From the NCBI RefSeq assembly GCF_902713615.1, contig NW_024055450.1, positions 1 to 64,000 of the forward strand: a DNA stretch of 64,000 bases, in the 5' to 3' direction. How positions within the stretch are numbered: the stretch's first letter is position 1; each line of letters begins with the position of its first letter. Both the position numbers and the translations under genes were made by a program. This DNA is from Scyliorhinus canicula (taxonomy: Eukaryota). Shown one piece after another: positions 36,225 through 48,789 of the stretch. The notes under the pieces were generated by a model. That model made no database searches. It saw nothing but the letters and a program-made list of their open reading frames with translations, and was not told where the DNA came from.

Positions 36225-37520
36225 GAAAGTGAGTCCGTCTGAGGTAATTGGCAAAGGAGCCAGAGGGGTAGAGGAAATCGGATTTTTCTTTTGACAGTGA
36301 TTGAAAATGGGTTCATGAAATCAATCGTGATTGACTAATTTATCAAGGTTCTTTGAGGAGGTAACAAGGGATGTCAATAAAGGGGAACCTGTAGATGTGC
36401 TTTTATCATTTCCCAAGGTGTCACATCAAAAGTTATTACACAAAGTAAGAACTCATGGCGTGGGGTCAACATATCAGCAATGATAGAGGATTGGTGGGCG
36501 AACAGGAAGCAGCCAGTAGGTATAAATGGGTCATTTCTGGGTGGATAAAATTTGACAAGTGGAATGTCACCAGGTTCAGTGCTGGGCTCCCAACCATTTA
36601 CAATCTGTATGAATGTGTTGGATGATGGGATTGAATGTCTGGCGGCTAAATTTTCTGATGCCTCAAAGACAGGTCGGACAGCAATTTGTGAAGTGGATTT
36701 AAGTACTCTGACTACAAATAGGTTATGAGGGTGGCAAAAACCTGGCAGATGGAGCATAACTTTGGAAAATGTGAATTGTCCACTTTGTCAGGAAGTATTA
36801 AATAAAACAATATTATTTAAATGGGGAGAGATTGCAGAACTCGGAGATACAGAGGGATCGGGTGTCCTGGAATCGCAAGTTAGTCTGCAGGTACACCAAG
36901 TGATTAGGAAGGTCAATGGAATATTGTAAATTGCAAAGGAAATGGAATATAAAAGTGGGGATGTTTTGCTGCAGTTGTACAGGGCCTTCGTGAGACCATA
37001 TTTAGAGCACTGTGTACCGTTTGGGTCTCCTTATTTCAGAAATGAGATAAGTGCATTAGAAGCAGTAGAGAGAAGGTTGACTCTGGATTCCTGGAATGAG
37101 GGGGTTATCCTCTGAGGAAAGGTTTGACAGGTTGGGACTGTATCCATTGCAGTTTAGAAGAATGAGAGATGATCTTATTTAAACACAGGAGACGCTGAGT
37201 GGAATTGACAGAGAGAATGTTTCCCCTTGTGGCAGAGACTAGAACTAGGGGACACCATTTACAAATAAGGGGTCTCCCATTTAAGATGCTGATAATTGTG
37301 CCCCCTGATGACTGTGGGTCTATGAATCTTTCTTCCCGAGGGCTGGAGGTGGGGCCATTGAATCTGCTTTAAGGCTGAATTTGATCGATTCTTGATTGAC
37401 AACAGAATGAAAGGATGGAGAAGGAAAGTGGAGTTGAGACCACAATCACATTAGCCCTGATTTCATTGAATGGAGGAGCAGGATCGAGGGGACGAATGGT
37501 CGACTCCTGCTCCTAATTTA
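36225..37520 (+). mobile_element. Degenerate CR1 LINE 3' 1.3 kb
   Basis: RT remnants (DF.KAFD, QGSVLG, FSDA.K) and tail GAATGGAGGAGCAGGATCGAGGGGACGAATGGTCGACTCCTGCTCCTA. Confidence 0.85.
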
Positions 37521-37789
37521 TATTGACCCCTAACACCCCCACTTCCCCAAACTCTGAAATGATTCACAGTGATAGCCCTTATTGGTGGCAGTGGTTAGAT
37601 TTTATTCAGTATAAATAAGAGTTGACAGTCTAATGTCTGAGCAGTAATATCAAAGTGCAGCAGCATTACCATTACACTCTGGGGAGAAGCACCATTTCCA
37701 TTGGTTGTTTTAAAGTCAGTTTCTCTCTGGAGTGTGTGTCAATGCTTTGATGCTGTCACAATATTGTCTCAATCCCTTGGTCACATTAA

Positions 37790-38375
37790 CATAGAACATT
37801 ACAGCGCAGTACAGGCCCTTCGGCCCTCGATGTTGCGCCGTCCTGTGAAACCCCTCTAAAGTCCCTCTACACTATTCCCTTATCGTCCATATGCCAATCC
37901 AATGACCATTTGAATGCGTTTAATGTTGGCGAGTCCACTACTGTTGCAGGCAGGGCATTCCACGCCCTTACTACTCTCTGAGTAAAGAACCTACCTCTGA
38001 CATCTGTCCTATATCTATCTCCCCTCAATTTAAAGCTATGTCCCCTCGTGCTGGACATCACCATCCGAGGAAAAAGGCTCTCACTGTCCACCCTATCTAA
38101 TCCTCTGATCATCTTGTATGCATCAATTAAGTCACCTCTTAACCTTCTTCTCTCTAACGAAAACAGCCTCAAGTCCTTCAGCCTTTCCTCATACGATCTT
38201 CCCTCCATACCAGGCAACATTCTTGTAAATCTCCTCTGTACCCTTTCCAATGCTTCTACATCCTTCCTATAATGTGGCGACCAGAACTGCACACAATACT
38301 CGAAATGCGGCCACACCAGAGTTTTGTGCAACTGCAACATGACCTCATGGTTCCGAAACACAATTCCTCTACCAT
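37790..38375 (-). mobile_element. Young CR1 LINE 3' end
   Basis: Open 164-aa ORF2 C-terminus (HLEYCVQFWSP-like, RRLRGDLI); 3' tail shared with the young SINE. Confidence 0.92.
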
Positions 38376-38899
38376 TTCATCTCCTGCTGTGTCTCAAGTA
38401 GCTGTGTGTGTTTGGGACCCGCTCTTCAGCCCATTTCACCGTAAATTTACACTTGCTATTTTTCACATGTAACAAATGATATCTACACACTCACACCAGT
38501 GTACCAAAATCATGTCACACACTCTTAACTCAGATGTGTTGATGAAAAGACCAAAGTGAGTGTCCGTCTTTCTTATTTCCCTGTTACAGTGCTGATATTT
38601 AACATAGTGGCCGGGCTTTCAAATGTGGATTTCTTTAAAACAAAATTCATGGGCAAGGATGGAAATATTTCCAAGAGAAAGTGATCAACTCATTCATCCC
38701 ATCGACGCATTCCAGACTTTCACTGGAAAGTAGGTGGATACCAGATTGAAACATTCCATTCAGACACACCCGTGGTAAAGTATTCCAATTCATTTATTGT
38801 CCAGGACAATATATTCACAATATCTTTAAAACAGAAAATAAACGTTCCTATGTGATTTCAGACATTAACATATTCGGTTTGTTCTTTATGGTCGATGTC

Positions 38900-39900
38900 A
38901 GGCTGGGGTTGTTCACCTTTTCGCAAAGGAGGTTGAGGGGAGAGTTGATAGAGGTGGACAAGATTATGACAGGTTTCGATAAGGTGGATAAAGAAAAGTT
39001 GTTCCCATTAGCTGAAGGGACAAGGACAAGGGGGTTCTAGATTTCAGGTTTTGGGTAAAAGATGCAGAGGGAATGTGAGGGAGAATATTTTGATGCAGGG
39101 AATGGTAATGACCTGGAACTCGCTGCCCGTGAGGAGGGTGGGAATGAAGACAATGGAAGATTTCAAATGGAAACCGAATGGGCATCTCGGGATCTAAACT
39201 TGCAGGGCTACAGGGATAGATGGGACTGACTAGTTTGCTCCAGGGAGCCAACAGGGAATCAATAGGCTGAATGGCCTCCTCGGATCTCATGACTGATCTG
39301 AAAACAATTGCAGCTGCTCCAGTCTCTCCCCCCTCATTGAAGTCCCTCATCCCTGGTACTATTCTCATAAATCTCCTCCGCACTCTCTCTGAGAACATCA
39401 CATCTTTCCTAGTGTGGGGCCCATATATAGGGTTCCATTCCAGAGGGATCGAATTGAAGCAGGGAGTTATGTTCAACTTGTTTAGATCCAGGGCTAGACG
39501 ACACTGGGAGCACCGTCAACATTGGTGATCTCCATTTAGAAAAAGGAAATAGAGACTCTGGAAAAGGAGCAACAAAGATTCCAAGAATATACGAGAACAG
39601 AGCATTTAATCTTAGGAAAGACTGGGACTGCTTTCCTCTAGAAAAGAGAAAACTGAAAAGTGACCTAATGGAAGATTATGAGGAGGTTCAATAATTCAAT
39701 AGGAATTTCAGCAGAAACCTCTTTACCCAGTGAGTGGTGAGAATGTGGAACTCACCACCACAGAGTGTGGTTGAGGTGAACAGCATGAATACATTGAAGG
39801 GGAATCTGGATACAGACATGAGGGAGAAAGGAATAGAAGGAGATGCTGATGGGGGGGGGGGATGAAGAGGGGTGGGTGGAGGATCATGTGGAGCATAAAT
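38900..39900. mobile_element. Cluster of short CR1 3' fragments in mixed orientation
   Basis: Repeated RLRGELIEV/GDLMED-type remnants at ~38900-39270 (+), ~39300-39420 (-) and ~39530-39900 (+). Confidence 0.65.
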
Positions 39901-40037
39901 ACTGACACAGACCAATGGAGCCAACTGGCTGCAAACTCAATGGAACATAGATAAATGTATTGATTTTAGATCCACCTGTACTGGTAGGGAACATCTCCAT
40001 TCCTCCCACTGTGAAGGCCAACATACCATTCTATTGA

Positions 40038-40168
40038 CATAGAAACATAGAAAATAGAAGCAGCAGGAGGCCCTATACAATTGCAGTAAAACAGGCCCTT
40101 TGAGCCTGCTCCACCATTCATTCTGTTCATAGCTGATCACCAAGTTCAATACCCTGGTCCCGCTTCCC

Positions 40169-40199
<31 letters not shown>

Positions 40200-40925
40200 A
40201 GATCCCTTTGTCCCTCAAGCCCCAAGAGCAATATCTAATTCCTTCTTGAAATTACACTATATTTTGGCCTCAACAATTTTTGTGGTAGCGAATTCCAGAT
40301 TCCCCACTCTCTGGATGAAGAATTTTCTCTTCACCTCAGTCTGTAAATGTTTCCCCCTTATCCTCAAACTATGACCCCTAGTTCTGGACTCCCCACCATC
40401 GGGAACATTCTTTCTGAATCTCCCCTGTCTAATCCTTTTAGAATTTTGGAAGTTTCGATGAGATCCCCTCTCACTCTTCTAAACTCCAATAAATATAATC
40501 CTAACCGATTTAGTCTCTCCTCATGTGACAGTCCCACCATCCCAGGAATCAGCCTGGTAAACATTCACTGCACTCCCTCCATTGCAAGAACATCCTTCCT
40601 CAGATAAGGACACCAAACTGAACAAAATACTCCAGGTGTGGCCTCACCAATGCCCTATAAAATTGCAATAAAACATCTCTATTCCTCCCGTTATGAAGGC
40701 CATCATACCATTTGCCTTCTTTCCTGCCTGCTGTACCTGTGTGCTTACTTTCAGCGACTGATGCACGAGGACACAGGCCGCGCTGAGTATCCACCTCTCT
40801 CAAATTACACCCATTCAAATAATAATCTGCCTTCCTATTTTTGCTACTGAAGTGGACATCCACATTATACTGAATCTGCCATGCATGTGCCACTCACTCA
40901 GCCTGTCCAAATCCTGCTGAAGCAT
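40038..40925 (-). mobile_element. CR1 LINE 3' fragment
   Basis: Tail CATAGAAACATAGAAA; ORF remnants 40364-40564 and 40600-40893 (RPHLEYFVQF). Confidence 0.85.
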
Positions 40926-40939
40926 CTCTGCATCCTCCT

Positions 40940-41240
40940 CACAGCCATCTGGCCCATCGAGTCTGCATCGACCCTCTGAAAGAGCACTCCACCCAAGTCA
41001 ACTCACCCATCCTATCCCAATAACCAAACCTACACATAGGCACAAATGGGCAATTTAGAATGGCCAATCACCTAACCTGCACATCCTTGGACACTTAAGA
41101 GGCAATTTGGCATGGTTGGTGGACCTCAAAAGAGTGGCCAATCCACCTAACCTGCACATCTGTGGACTGTGGGAAGAATCTGGATCACCGGGAGAAAACC
41201 CACGCTGACACGGGGAGAAGGTGCAAACTCCACACAGTCA
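40940..41240 (-). mobile_element. tRNA-derived SINE with an internal duplication
   Basis: GGCCAATC(C)ACCTAACCTGCACATC occurs twice (~41062 and ~41136). Confidence 0.7.
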
Positions 41241-41457
41241 CCCAGAACTGAACCCTACACAGGATGAAATAAGTGCCTTCATCAGCTTTTGTGGATCATT
41301 TCAGTGGTAATGTGCTCTTAAGACTCAACATCAGCCCACTGGGAGCTACGTCGGGAGACCGGCCAGCCCAGCAGAAAGAAACCCTCCCACTTCACCAAAT
41401 GTCAGAATGTCAAACCTGGATGTGATTAACAGCAGCGATAACAGCAGAATCCAGCCC

Positions 41458-42390
41458 CTATAATCGCTTGTGAACTCGCTGATGTGTTTGCAGGTTGGCT
41501 GACTGTGTGAATCCCTTCCTACAGACAGAACAGATGAATGGTCTCTCCCCAGTGTGAACTCTCTGATGTGTCAGCAGGCTAGATGACTGAGTGAATCCCT
41601 TCCCACATTGAGAGCAGAGGAATGGCCTCTCCCCAGTGTGAACACGCTGGTGTTTCAACAGGGTGGATGAATCTCGGAATCCCTTTCCACAGGCAGGGCA
41701 GGTGAATGGTCTCTCCCCGGTGTGAGTTCGCTGGTGAGAGAGCAGGGTGGAGGACTGAGTGAATCCCTTCCCACAGTCAGAACAAGTGAACGGCCTCTCC
41801 CCATTGTGAACTCGCTGGTGTATCAGCAGCTTGGATAACTGAACAAATCCCTTACCACATTCAGAGCAGGTGAACGGCCTCTCTCCAGTGTGAACCGGCT
41901 TGTGTGTCAGTAAGTGGGTTAACTGAGTGAATCCCTTCCCACACTGAGAGCAGGTGAATGGCCTCTCCCCCGTGTGAACCCGCTGGTGTTTCTGTAGATT
42001 GGATGAATTAGTAAATCCTTTGTCACACTGGGAGCAGGTGAAAGGCTTCTCCCCAGTGTGAACTCTCTGGTGTGACTGCAAATGGGATAACAGAGTGAAC
42101 GCCTTCCCACATTCAGAGCAGGTGAATGGCCTCTCACCAGTGTGAACCCGCTGGTGTGACTGAAGGTTGGATGATCGACTGAATCCCTTCCCACAATCAC
42201 AGCAGGTGTATGGCCTCACCCCGCTGTGAACTCGCTCGTGCATCAGCAGGTTGGATGAATCACTGAACCCCTTCCCACAGTCAGAGCAGGTGAACGGCCT
42301 CTCTCCAGTGTGACTGCGTCGATGTATTTCCAGCTCAGACGGAGCTTTGAATCCCTTCCCACAGTCCCCACATTTCCACGGTTTCTCCAT
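41458..42390 (-). CDS. C2H2 zinc-finger protein B, 11 intact fingers, no effector domain
   Basis: ATG at 42390 (MEKPWKC), 11 canonical fingers, stop at 41458; large-exon acceptor TTTTTACAG|GATATTAG at 42742, homologous to gene A. Confidence 0.92.
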   Translation of the reverse strand: MEKPWKCGDCGKGFKAPSELEIHRRSHTGERPFTCSDCGKGFSDSSNLLMHERVHSGVRPYTCCDCGKGFSRSSNLQSHQRVHTGERPFTCSECGKAFTLLSHLQSHQRVHTGEKPFTCSQCDKGFTNSSNLQKHQRVHTGERPFTCSQCGKGFTQLTHLLTHKPVHTGERPFTCSECGKGFVQLSKLLIHQRVHNGERPFTCSDCGKGFTQSSTLLSHQRTHTGERPFTCPACGKGFRDSSTLLKHQRVHTGERPFLCSQCGKGFTQSSSLLTHQRVHTGERPFICSVCRKGFTQSANLQTHQRVHKRL

Positions 42391-42989
42391 AGTGCAAGTC
42401 AACTTGTAACTCTCCAGGTTCGATGATCAGTTGAAGCCTCGTCCACACACAAAACACGGGTACGGTCTTTACCCGCTGTAAATGGTATGATGTTTCTTCA
42501 GGCTGTGTAACAGGTTAAAACTCTTTCCACAGTCAGGAACACTCTCACTCGGGTGTGTGTTGTGGGTCTCGCTGCTTTTCCAGTCACACTGATGTTTGAA
42601 ACCTTTAGAAGCTGACAATTCGGACAAACATTTCTTCTAGATTCAAAGGCCGATGATATTCAGGTTCCAGGGAATCGAGTGACTGTCAGATCGAGAGGTG
42701 ACGTTTGAGACTTCTGTCTGTAATTCTTCCTCATCTAATATCCTGTAAAAACAATTTAGAAAATTCCTCGCTGTCAGTACAGAATAGAAACTCAGAACAG
42801 ATAATTCTAGTTCGTATGGAACAACTTTTCCTCTCTCTTATTTTCCGAAAGCTGCAAATCTCCATCCCACACACTCCCTCCATTCTCACTCTGCTGGATC
42901 CCTGTGGTGTGCCGCTGGTCACTGGCTTCCAGTCACTAAAGCAGCCGTCTGTCATCACCCTCTGTCTCCCACAGCTAAGCCAATTCTGA

Positions 42990-43620
42990 ATCTACCCCAT
43001 CATGTTACCTCTATCCCATGTGCTTTTGCCTTCTTTATAATGTCTCTCGTTTGGGATCTTGTCAAAGGCTTTGCTGAAATCCAGCAAACTGCATCAACTG
43101 CACTACCCTCATCTGCACAGCCAGTCACATAAAAAAATCAATTCAAAATTTGTTAGGCATAACCTCCCTCTAACAAGCCACGCTGACTATTCCTGATCAA
43201 ATCTTGCCCTCCAAGTGAAGATAAGTCTCTGTCCTTCTGAATTTTCTCCAATGTTTTCCCTACCACTGACGTGAGATTAACTAGTCTGTAGTTTCCTGGC
43301 TTATCTCGACAACCTTTCTTAAGGTAAGACCACATTAGCTGATCTCCAGTCCTCTGGCACCTCTCCGTGGCCAGAAAGGATCAAAAAATTTGGGGCAGAG
43401 CTCCTGCAGTCTCTTCCCTCATCTCTCAGAGCATCCAGGGACACAGTTCATCCACACTTGGAGATTTGTCCACTTTTAAGCCTGCCAACACCATGTCACT
43501 CCCCACGTCAATTTGCTCAGAAACCTCAGTCTCCTTGTCCGAGTTCCATATCTATCTCCTCATTCTCTTGTGTGAAGACAGATGTGAAGTTTTCCTTCAA
43601 CAGCTGACCAATATCCTCTG
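42990..43620 (-). mobile_element. CR1 RT fragments
   Basis: KPGNYRLVNLTSVVGK and DFSKAFDK remnants on the minus strand. Confidence 0.75.
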
Positions 43621-43654
43621 GTTGCCCCTTTGTCCCTAATGGGAACACACTGTT

Positions 43655-43865
43655 CTTGATCTGATGAAAGATCATGCTGACCTGAAACATTAACTCTGTT
43701 TTCCTCCACAGACCAGCCTCCCGTACCAGCCTCGCCGGACAGGTGCCGGAATGTGGTGACTAGGGGCTTTTCACAGTAACTTCATTTGAAGCCTACTCGT
43801 GACAATAAGCGATTTTCATTTCATTTTCAGATGCTGCCCGTTATGCTGAAGATTTCCAGCATTTA
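43655..43865 (+). mobile_element. Penelope-like terminal repeat (second family) with hammerhead motif, split by a SINE tail (~43713-43828)
   Basis: CTGATGA-A-AGATCA-TGC-TGACCT-GAAA-CAT-T-AACTCTG..CCACAGA [SINE tail] AGATGCTGCC..TGCTGAAGATTTCCAGCATTT. Confidence 0.65.
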
Positions 43866-44319
43866 AAAAAAAATGTCTAACCAGGATTTTATATATCTCA
43901 GTGCTTCTCCAGTCACACAGATTCTGGAAATCTTTACCGACAAACAGAACAGACCAGAAGCAATAGGGACAGGAGTCAGCCATTCAGCCTTTGAACTGCT
44001 CCACCATTTAATGAGATCACAGCTGATCTCACACTCACTAAGTCCACTTTCCTACCTTCTCTCTATTCCCCAACCGATTAAAAACGTATCAATCTCAGCC
44101 TTGCAACTGATGAAGGACTCGGCCTCCACGTTACCTGGGGTAAATAATTCCAAGATTCACCAGTTTGAGAGAATTCTTTCCTCATTTGGCAGACCCTCAT
44201 CGTTCCTTGAAGAAGGTGATCAAGACTGTACAGTGTTCGAAATGTGACCTCACTGGCTGCTTGTGAAGCTGCAGCAACACCACTTTGCTATTAGACTCCA
44301 CCCTCCTTGAAATAAACAT

Positions 44320-44622
44320 AATAATCTTTATTAGTGGCACAAGTAGGCTTAACACTGCAATGAAGTTACTGTGAAAATCCCCTAATCGCCACGCTCCGGC
44401 ATCTGTTCGGTTACACCGAGGGAGAATTCAGGATGTTCAATTCACTTAACAAGCACGTCTTTCGGGACTTGTGGGAGAAAACCGGAGCACTTTAAAGAAA
44501 CACACGCAGACACGGGGAGAACATGCAGACTCCGCACAGACAGTGACCCAAGCTGGGAATCGAACCCAGGTCCCTGGCGCCGTGAAGCAACAGTGCTAAC
44601 CATTGTGTTACTGTGCCACCCG
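44320..44622 (-). mobile_element. tRNA-derived SINE, second tail type
   Basis: Homologous to 24093-24402. Confidence 0.82.
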
Positions 44623-45097
44623 ATAACGCGGGTGATTATTTGATTATTCTGCCCGCTGTCCCAAGGCAGCAGGAGGTGTTATCAGAGTCAATGGATGGAA
44701 GGGGGTTGGGAAGTGGGTGAGAAGAATGGATGGGAGGACACCAAGATCCCACTGCACAAAAGCATTTATGAAGTTTCTCTTCATTTAGATAATAAGTTGC
44801 CTTTTTATTCAATTTTGGCCCACTCACCCAACCTATGCAAATCCATTAGTTTATTTCATATTTCCCCACTGCAACTTGTTTTCCCACCCATTTCAGTGTT
44901 ATCTACAAATTTAGATATTGTATATTCTGACTGTCCCATAATCATTAATACAGGTTGTAAATAGATGGGGCCCGAGGGCCAAACCCTGAGGCACATCACT
45001 GGTTACAGCTTGCCGACCAGAAAAAGACAGATTAATCCTCACTCTACTGTCGGTTGGTTAGCCAATCCTTTATCCAAGCGATAGAATTTGGGAGAAT

Positions 45098-45156
45098 TTG
45101 GTTCAAGCGCCTGACTAGTTAACAGGAGATCCTGGCTTCGAAATCCAGTGGTGCCT
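45098..45156 (+). pseudogene. tRNA-Thr(AGT) relic lacking its 5' end
   Basis: TTGGTTCAAGCGCCTGACTAGTTAACAGGAGATCCTGGCTTCGAAATCCAGTGGTGCCT matches the recalled vertebrate tRNA-Thr-AGT at about 52 of 59 positions; followed by a T-rich tract. Confidence 0.75.
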
Positions 45157-45170
45157 ACTCTTTATTTTAA

Positions 45171-45955
45171 GGACGGCACAGTGGTTAGCACTGTTGCTTC
45201 TCAGTGCTGCGGACCCGGGTTCCATTCTCGGCTTGGGTCACTGTGCGGAGTCCGAACGTTCTCACCGTGTCTGTATGGGTTTCCTCCGGGCCCTCTGGCA
45301 TTCTCCTACAAGTCCCAAAAGACGTGCTGTCGCCTTCATCGGACGGGGTATTGAATATAACAGTCGGCAGGTCATGTTACAGTTGTATCGGATTTTGGTT
45401 AGGCCACATTTGGAATACTGCATGCAGTTCTGGTCGTCACATTACCAGAAGGATGTGGATGCTTTAGAGAGGGTGTAGAGGAGGTTCACCAGGATGTTGC
45501 CTGGTATGGAGGGTGCTAGCTATGAAGAAAGGTTGAGTAGATAGGACTGTTTTCATTGGAAAGACGGAGGTTGAGGGGAGAACTAATTGAGGTCTACAAA
45601 ATTATGAGAGGTATGGACAGGGTGGATAGCAACAAGCTTTTTCCAAGAGTGGGGGTGTCAATTACAAGGGGTCACGATTTTCAAGGTGAGAGGGAAAAAG
45701 TTTAAAGGAGATGTGCGGGGAAAGTTTTTTACACAGAGGGTGGTGGGTGCCTGGAATGCTTTGCCAGTGGAGCTGGTAGAGGCGGGTACGACAGCATCAT
45801 TTAAGATGCATCTGGACAGATATATGATGGGGTGGGGAACAGAGAAAAGTAGACCGTGGAAAATAGGCAACAGGTTTAGATAAAGGATCTGGATCGGTGC
45901 AGGCTGGGAGAGCCGAAGGGCCTGTTCCGGTGCTGTAATTTTCTTTGTTTTTGAA
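45171..45955 (+). mobile_element. SINE 5' part joined to a CR1 3' end
   Basis: SINE head to ~45330, then VRPHLEYCMQFW..GRLRGELIEVYK and CR1 tail GAAGGGCCTGTTCCGGTGCTGTAATT. Confidence 0.85.
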
Positions 45956-46455
45956 ACCTCACAATGCCCGGGGAATGATTGACGGCATCTCCGGACCAAT
46001 GGAAGCAGAGGGGCGGGACCGGAGGCCTGTTCGGAAGCAGCTGGTCCTCCAACCAATCACAGTGAATGGGTGGGCGGGACTGGGCTGAGTGAAGCATGCG
46101 CAGTGTGATTAATGGCGACGTGAAGAAGGTTCTTTCTCCGATTCACAATCCGTAAATGTCGGAATGGCAGGTCAGTGGGATCAGCCCGGTCGTGAGGCAC
46201 ACTTCCTAAACATATGATAGAAACAGGAAACCGGGAAAAATAACCTACCGGTACCCGGTGACCTGAGCGGAGGCTGCAGCTTTCTCACAGACGGGACGAA
46301 GCAGCTGCCATCTTTGTTTCGCACTAGCAGGAATGCGCATGCGCACACATTTTTAATTGCGTACTCGCAGCAGTGCGCACGCGCACCCAGCATATCTTCA
46401 TTGTAGCAGAGCGCATGCTCAGTCGCCATCATTGTTGGGGGCAACATTTTAAAAA
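45955..46455. promoter_or_regulatory. Overlapping head-to-head promoter/first-exon cassette for ZNF B (-) and ZNF C (+)
   Basis: + strand: CCAAT at 45996 and 46053, GC boxes at 46011 and 46072, donor CAG|GTCAGT at 46171. - strand: NRF1 at 46335-44, YY1-like AAGATGGCAGC at 46304-14, donor CCG|GTAGG at 46249/48. Confidence 0.7.
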
Positions 46456-47599
46456 ATGTTTATGGTGCAGAACAATGATACATATCCAGAGCTGTGACAA
46501 TAATTCGTATTTATATTGTGCCTTGAACAGAATAAAACATTAAGACTTTTCAGAGAAACGTTACAAAATAGGTGATATTGATGATGATGTGGATATATGT
46601 TTGGGAGCTCATCTGGGGGTGAAATATTTCACCATTGTTGCGAACAGTTTGCTTCAGCCTCAGACATTTTGCAGGGACAGGGATCGTGTTTGTCGAGGGA
46701 ACGGAAGAGAATGGGTTTAATCTTCTCAATATTTAAATAGAGTAAATTTCTGCTCCTTCAGCACTTGATGTCACACAAGATCGGACATTGTGTGTCTTGG
46801 AAGGGAACTTACAGGTAGTGATGTTAACATACAGCTGCTGTCCTGGTCCATCCAGGTGGTGGAGGTGAAGGGTTGAGGAGATTCTGTCAAATTGTGATTC
46901 TGATGTAGGTATATATTCTCATTTCATTTTTTTCAAATGCCTCTCCATTGTTCCTATCACTCACACTCCCTTATAATTTCTGTCTTTCCTCTCTGTCTCT
47001 CCACCATGACTCACTCTCTTTTTCTCTCTGTCTGTCTTTCTTGTCACGTGGAATTCCCTAGCCCAGAGGGTTGTGGATGCTCCATTGTTGAATATATTTA
47101 AGGTTAAGATGGTGTGATTTTTGGTCTCTCAGGAAGTCAAGGAAATGGGGAGCTGGCAGGAAAGGAGACTGGAAGACCAAGATCAGCCACAATCGTGTTC
47201 AGTGGCAGACCAGGTTTGACAGGCCAAATGATCTACTTCTGCTTCTGTTTCTTGTATTCTTGCAGAGGCCCGAGTCTTGTGTGGGTTCCGGCCGGTTGGC
47301 AGGTTCCCTTCCCTGAAGGACATTAGTGAACCAGTTGGGTTTTTATGACAATCCAACAGTTTTAATGGTCACTTTATCCCAGTGTTGGCCCCACAAATGA
47401 CCAGATTCATTCAGCTCAATTTCACAACCTGTCTTTGTGTTTTTGTGGGTTCTCTCTCATTCCCTTTTTTTTGTTTTAAATCAATTTAACAGAGTGTTAC
47501 AAGGGGAAGATTTGCAGTCAGGAAACTCAAACCAAACATTACATCAGAATCTGAGGATCGCCCAATTTGTTGCAACCTGAATATCAGTGAATTTTGAAC

Positions 47600-48376
47600 A
47601 TGGAAGGAAAAAGCACCGTTCATAGTGAGGAGAAACCATGGGAATGTGAGGAGGGATTCAGATCCACATCGCAACTGGAAATTCATCATCCCAGACACTC
47701 TGGGGAGAGATCATTCACTTGCTCCGATTGTGGGAAGGGATTCTCTCGATCATCCAGCCTGCTGCAACACCAGCGAGTGCACACTGGGGAGAAACCATTC
47801 AACTGCTCCGTGTGTGGGAAGGGATTCGCTCAGTCGTCCAGCCTGCTGAGACACCAGCGAGTTCACACTGGGAAGAGACCATTCATCTGCTCAGAGTGTG
47901 GGAAAGGATTCATTCGGTCATCTGACTTAATGACGCACCAGCGGGTTCACACGGACGACAGACCATTTAAATGTCCAGATTGCGGGAAGTGCTATAAAGG
48001 TTCTCGGGCTCTGATACTCCATCAACGTGTTCACACTGATGAGAGACCTTTTCAATGCCCAGACTGTGGGAAATGCTTTAAAAGTTCCGGGGAACTTATG
48101 CGGCATCAACGTATTCATACTGATGAGAAACCGTTCAGGTGCTCTTACTGTGGGACTGGGTTCAAGACATCATCTGACCTCACTGTACACCAGCGAATTC
48201 ACACTGGGGAGAGGCCATTCACCTGCTCCCAGTGTGGGAAGACATTCACTCAGTCATCCAGCCTGCTGACACACAAGCGGGTTCACACTGCGGAGAGGCC
48301 TTACATCTGTCCCAAGTGTGAGAAGGGATTCACACAGTCATCCAACCTGATGAGACACCAGCGAATTCACAAGTAA
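47600..48376 (+). CDS. C2H2 zinc-finger protein C, 8 intact fingers plus one degenerate N-terminal finger
   Basis: ATG at 47600 (MEGKSTVH), open to stop at 48376; large-exon acceptor TTTAACAG|AGTG at 47493. Confidence 0.92.
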   Translation: MEGKSTVHSEEKPWECEEGFRSTSQLEIHHPRHSGERSFTCSDCGKGFSRSSSLLQHQRVHTGEKPFNCSVCGKGFAQSSSLLRHQRVHTGKRPFICSECGKGFIRSSDLMTHQRVHTDDRPFKCPDCGKCYKGSRALILHQRVHTDERPFQCPDCGKCFKSSGELMRHQRIHTDEKPFRCSYCGTGFKTSSDLTVHQRIHTGERPFTCSQCGKTFTQSSSLLTHKRVHTAERPYICPKCEKGFTQSSNLMRHQRIHK

Positions 48377-48536
48377 TTACAGTGAGTGGATTTTGCTGTT
48401 AATCACATCCAGGTCTGATCCATCTTCATTGGGGTCTGTTTCTGCTGATGTTAATACATTTCAAACCAGTTACACAGGCTAATAGTCAAGATAACATTTA
48501 AATAAATCAGCTTAGGGTTAACATGCTATATTTAAT

Positions 48537-48762
48537 CTTTTTTTAAAATTTAGAATGCCCGATTCATTTTTTTCCAATTAAGGGGCAATTTAGTGTGGCC
48601 AATCTACCTAACCGGCACATCTTTTTTGTTGTGGGGGCGAAACCCACGCAAACACGGGGAGAATGTGCAAACTCCACACGGACAGTGACCCAGAACTGGG
48701 ATACCTGGGACCTCGGCGCCATGAGGCAGCAGTGCTATCCACTGCACCACCGTGCTGCCCCT
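48537..48762 (-). mobile_element. Short tRNA-derived SINE variant
   Basis: Reverse complement of the 62969-63190 type. Confidence 0.8.
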
Positions 48763-48789
48763 ATTTAATCTTTTTAACACCTCAAACAT

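Noticed and set aside
44108-44130. CTGATGAAGG as another hammerhead core
   Set aside because: No stem II or GAAA follows; it lies in a CR1 remnant.
31292-44842. Octamer ATGCAAAT at 31292 and 44835
   Set aside because: One is inside L1 ORF2 and the other is in degenerate repeat; no leader or V exon follows either.
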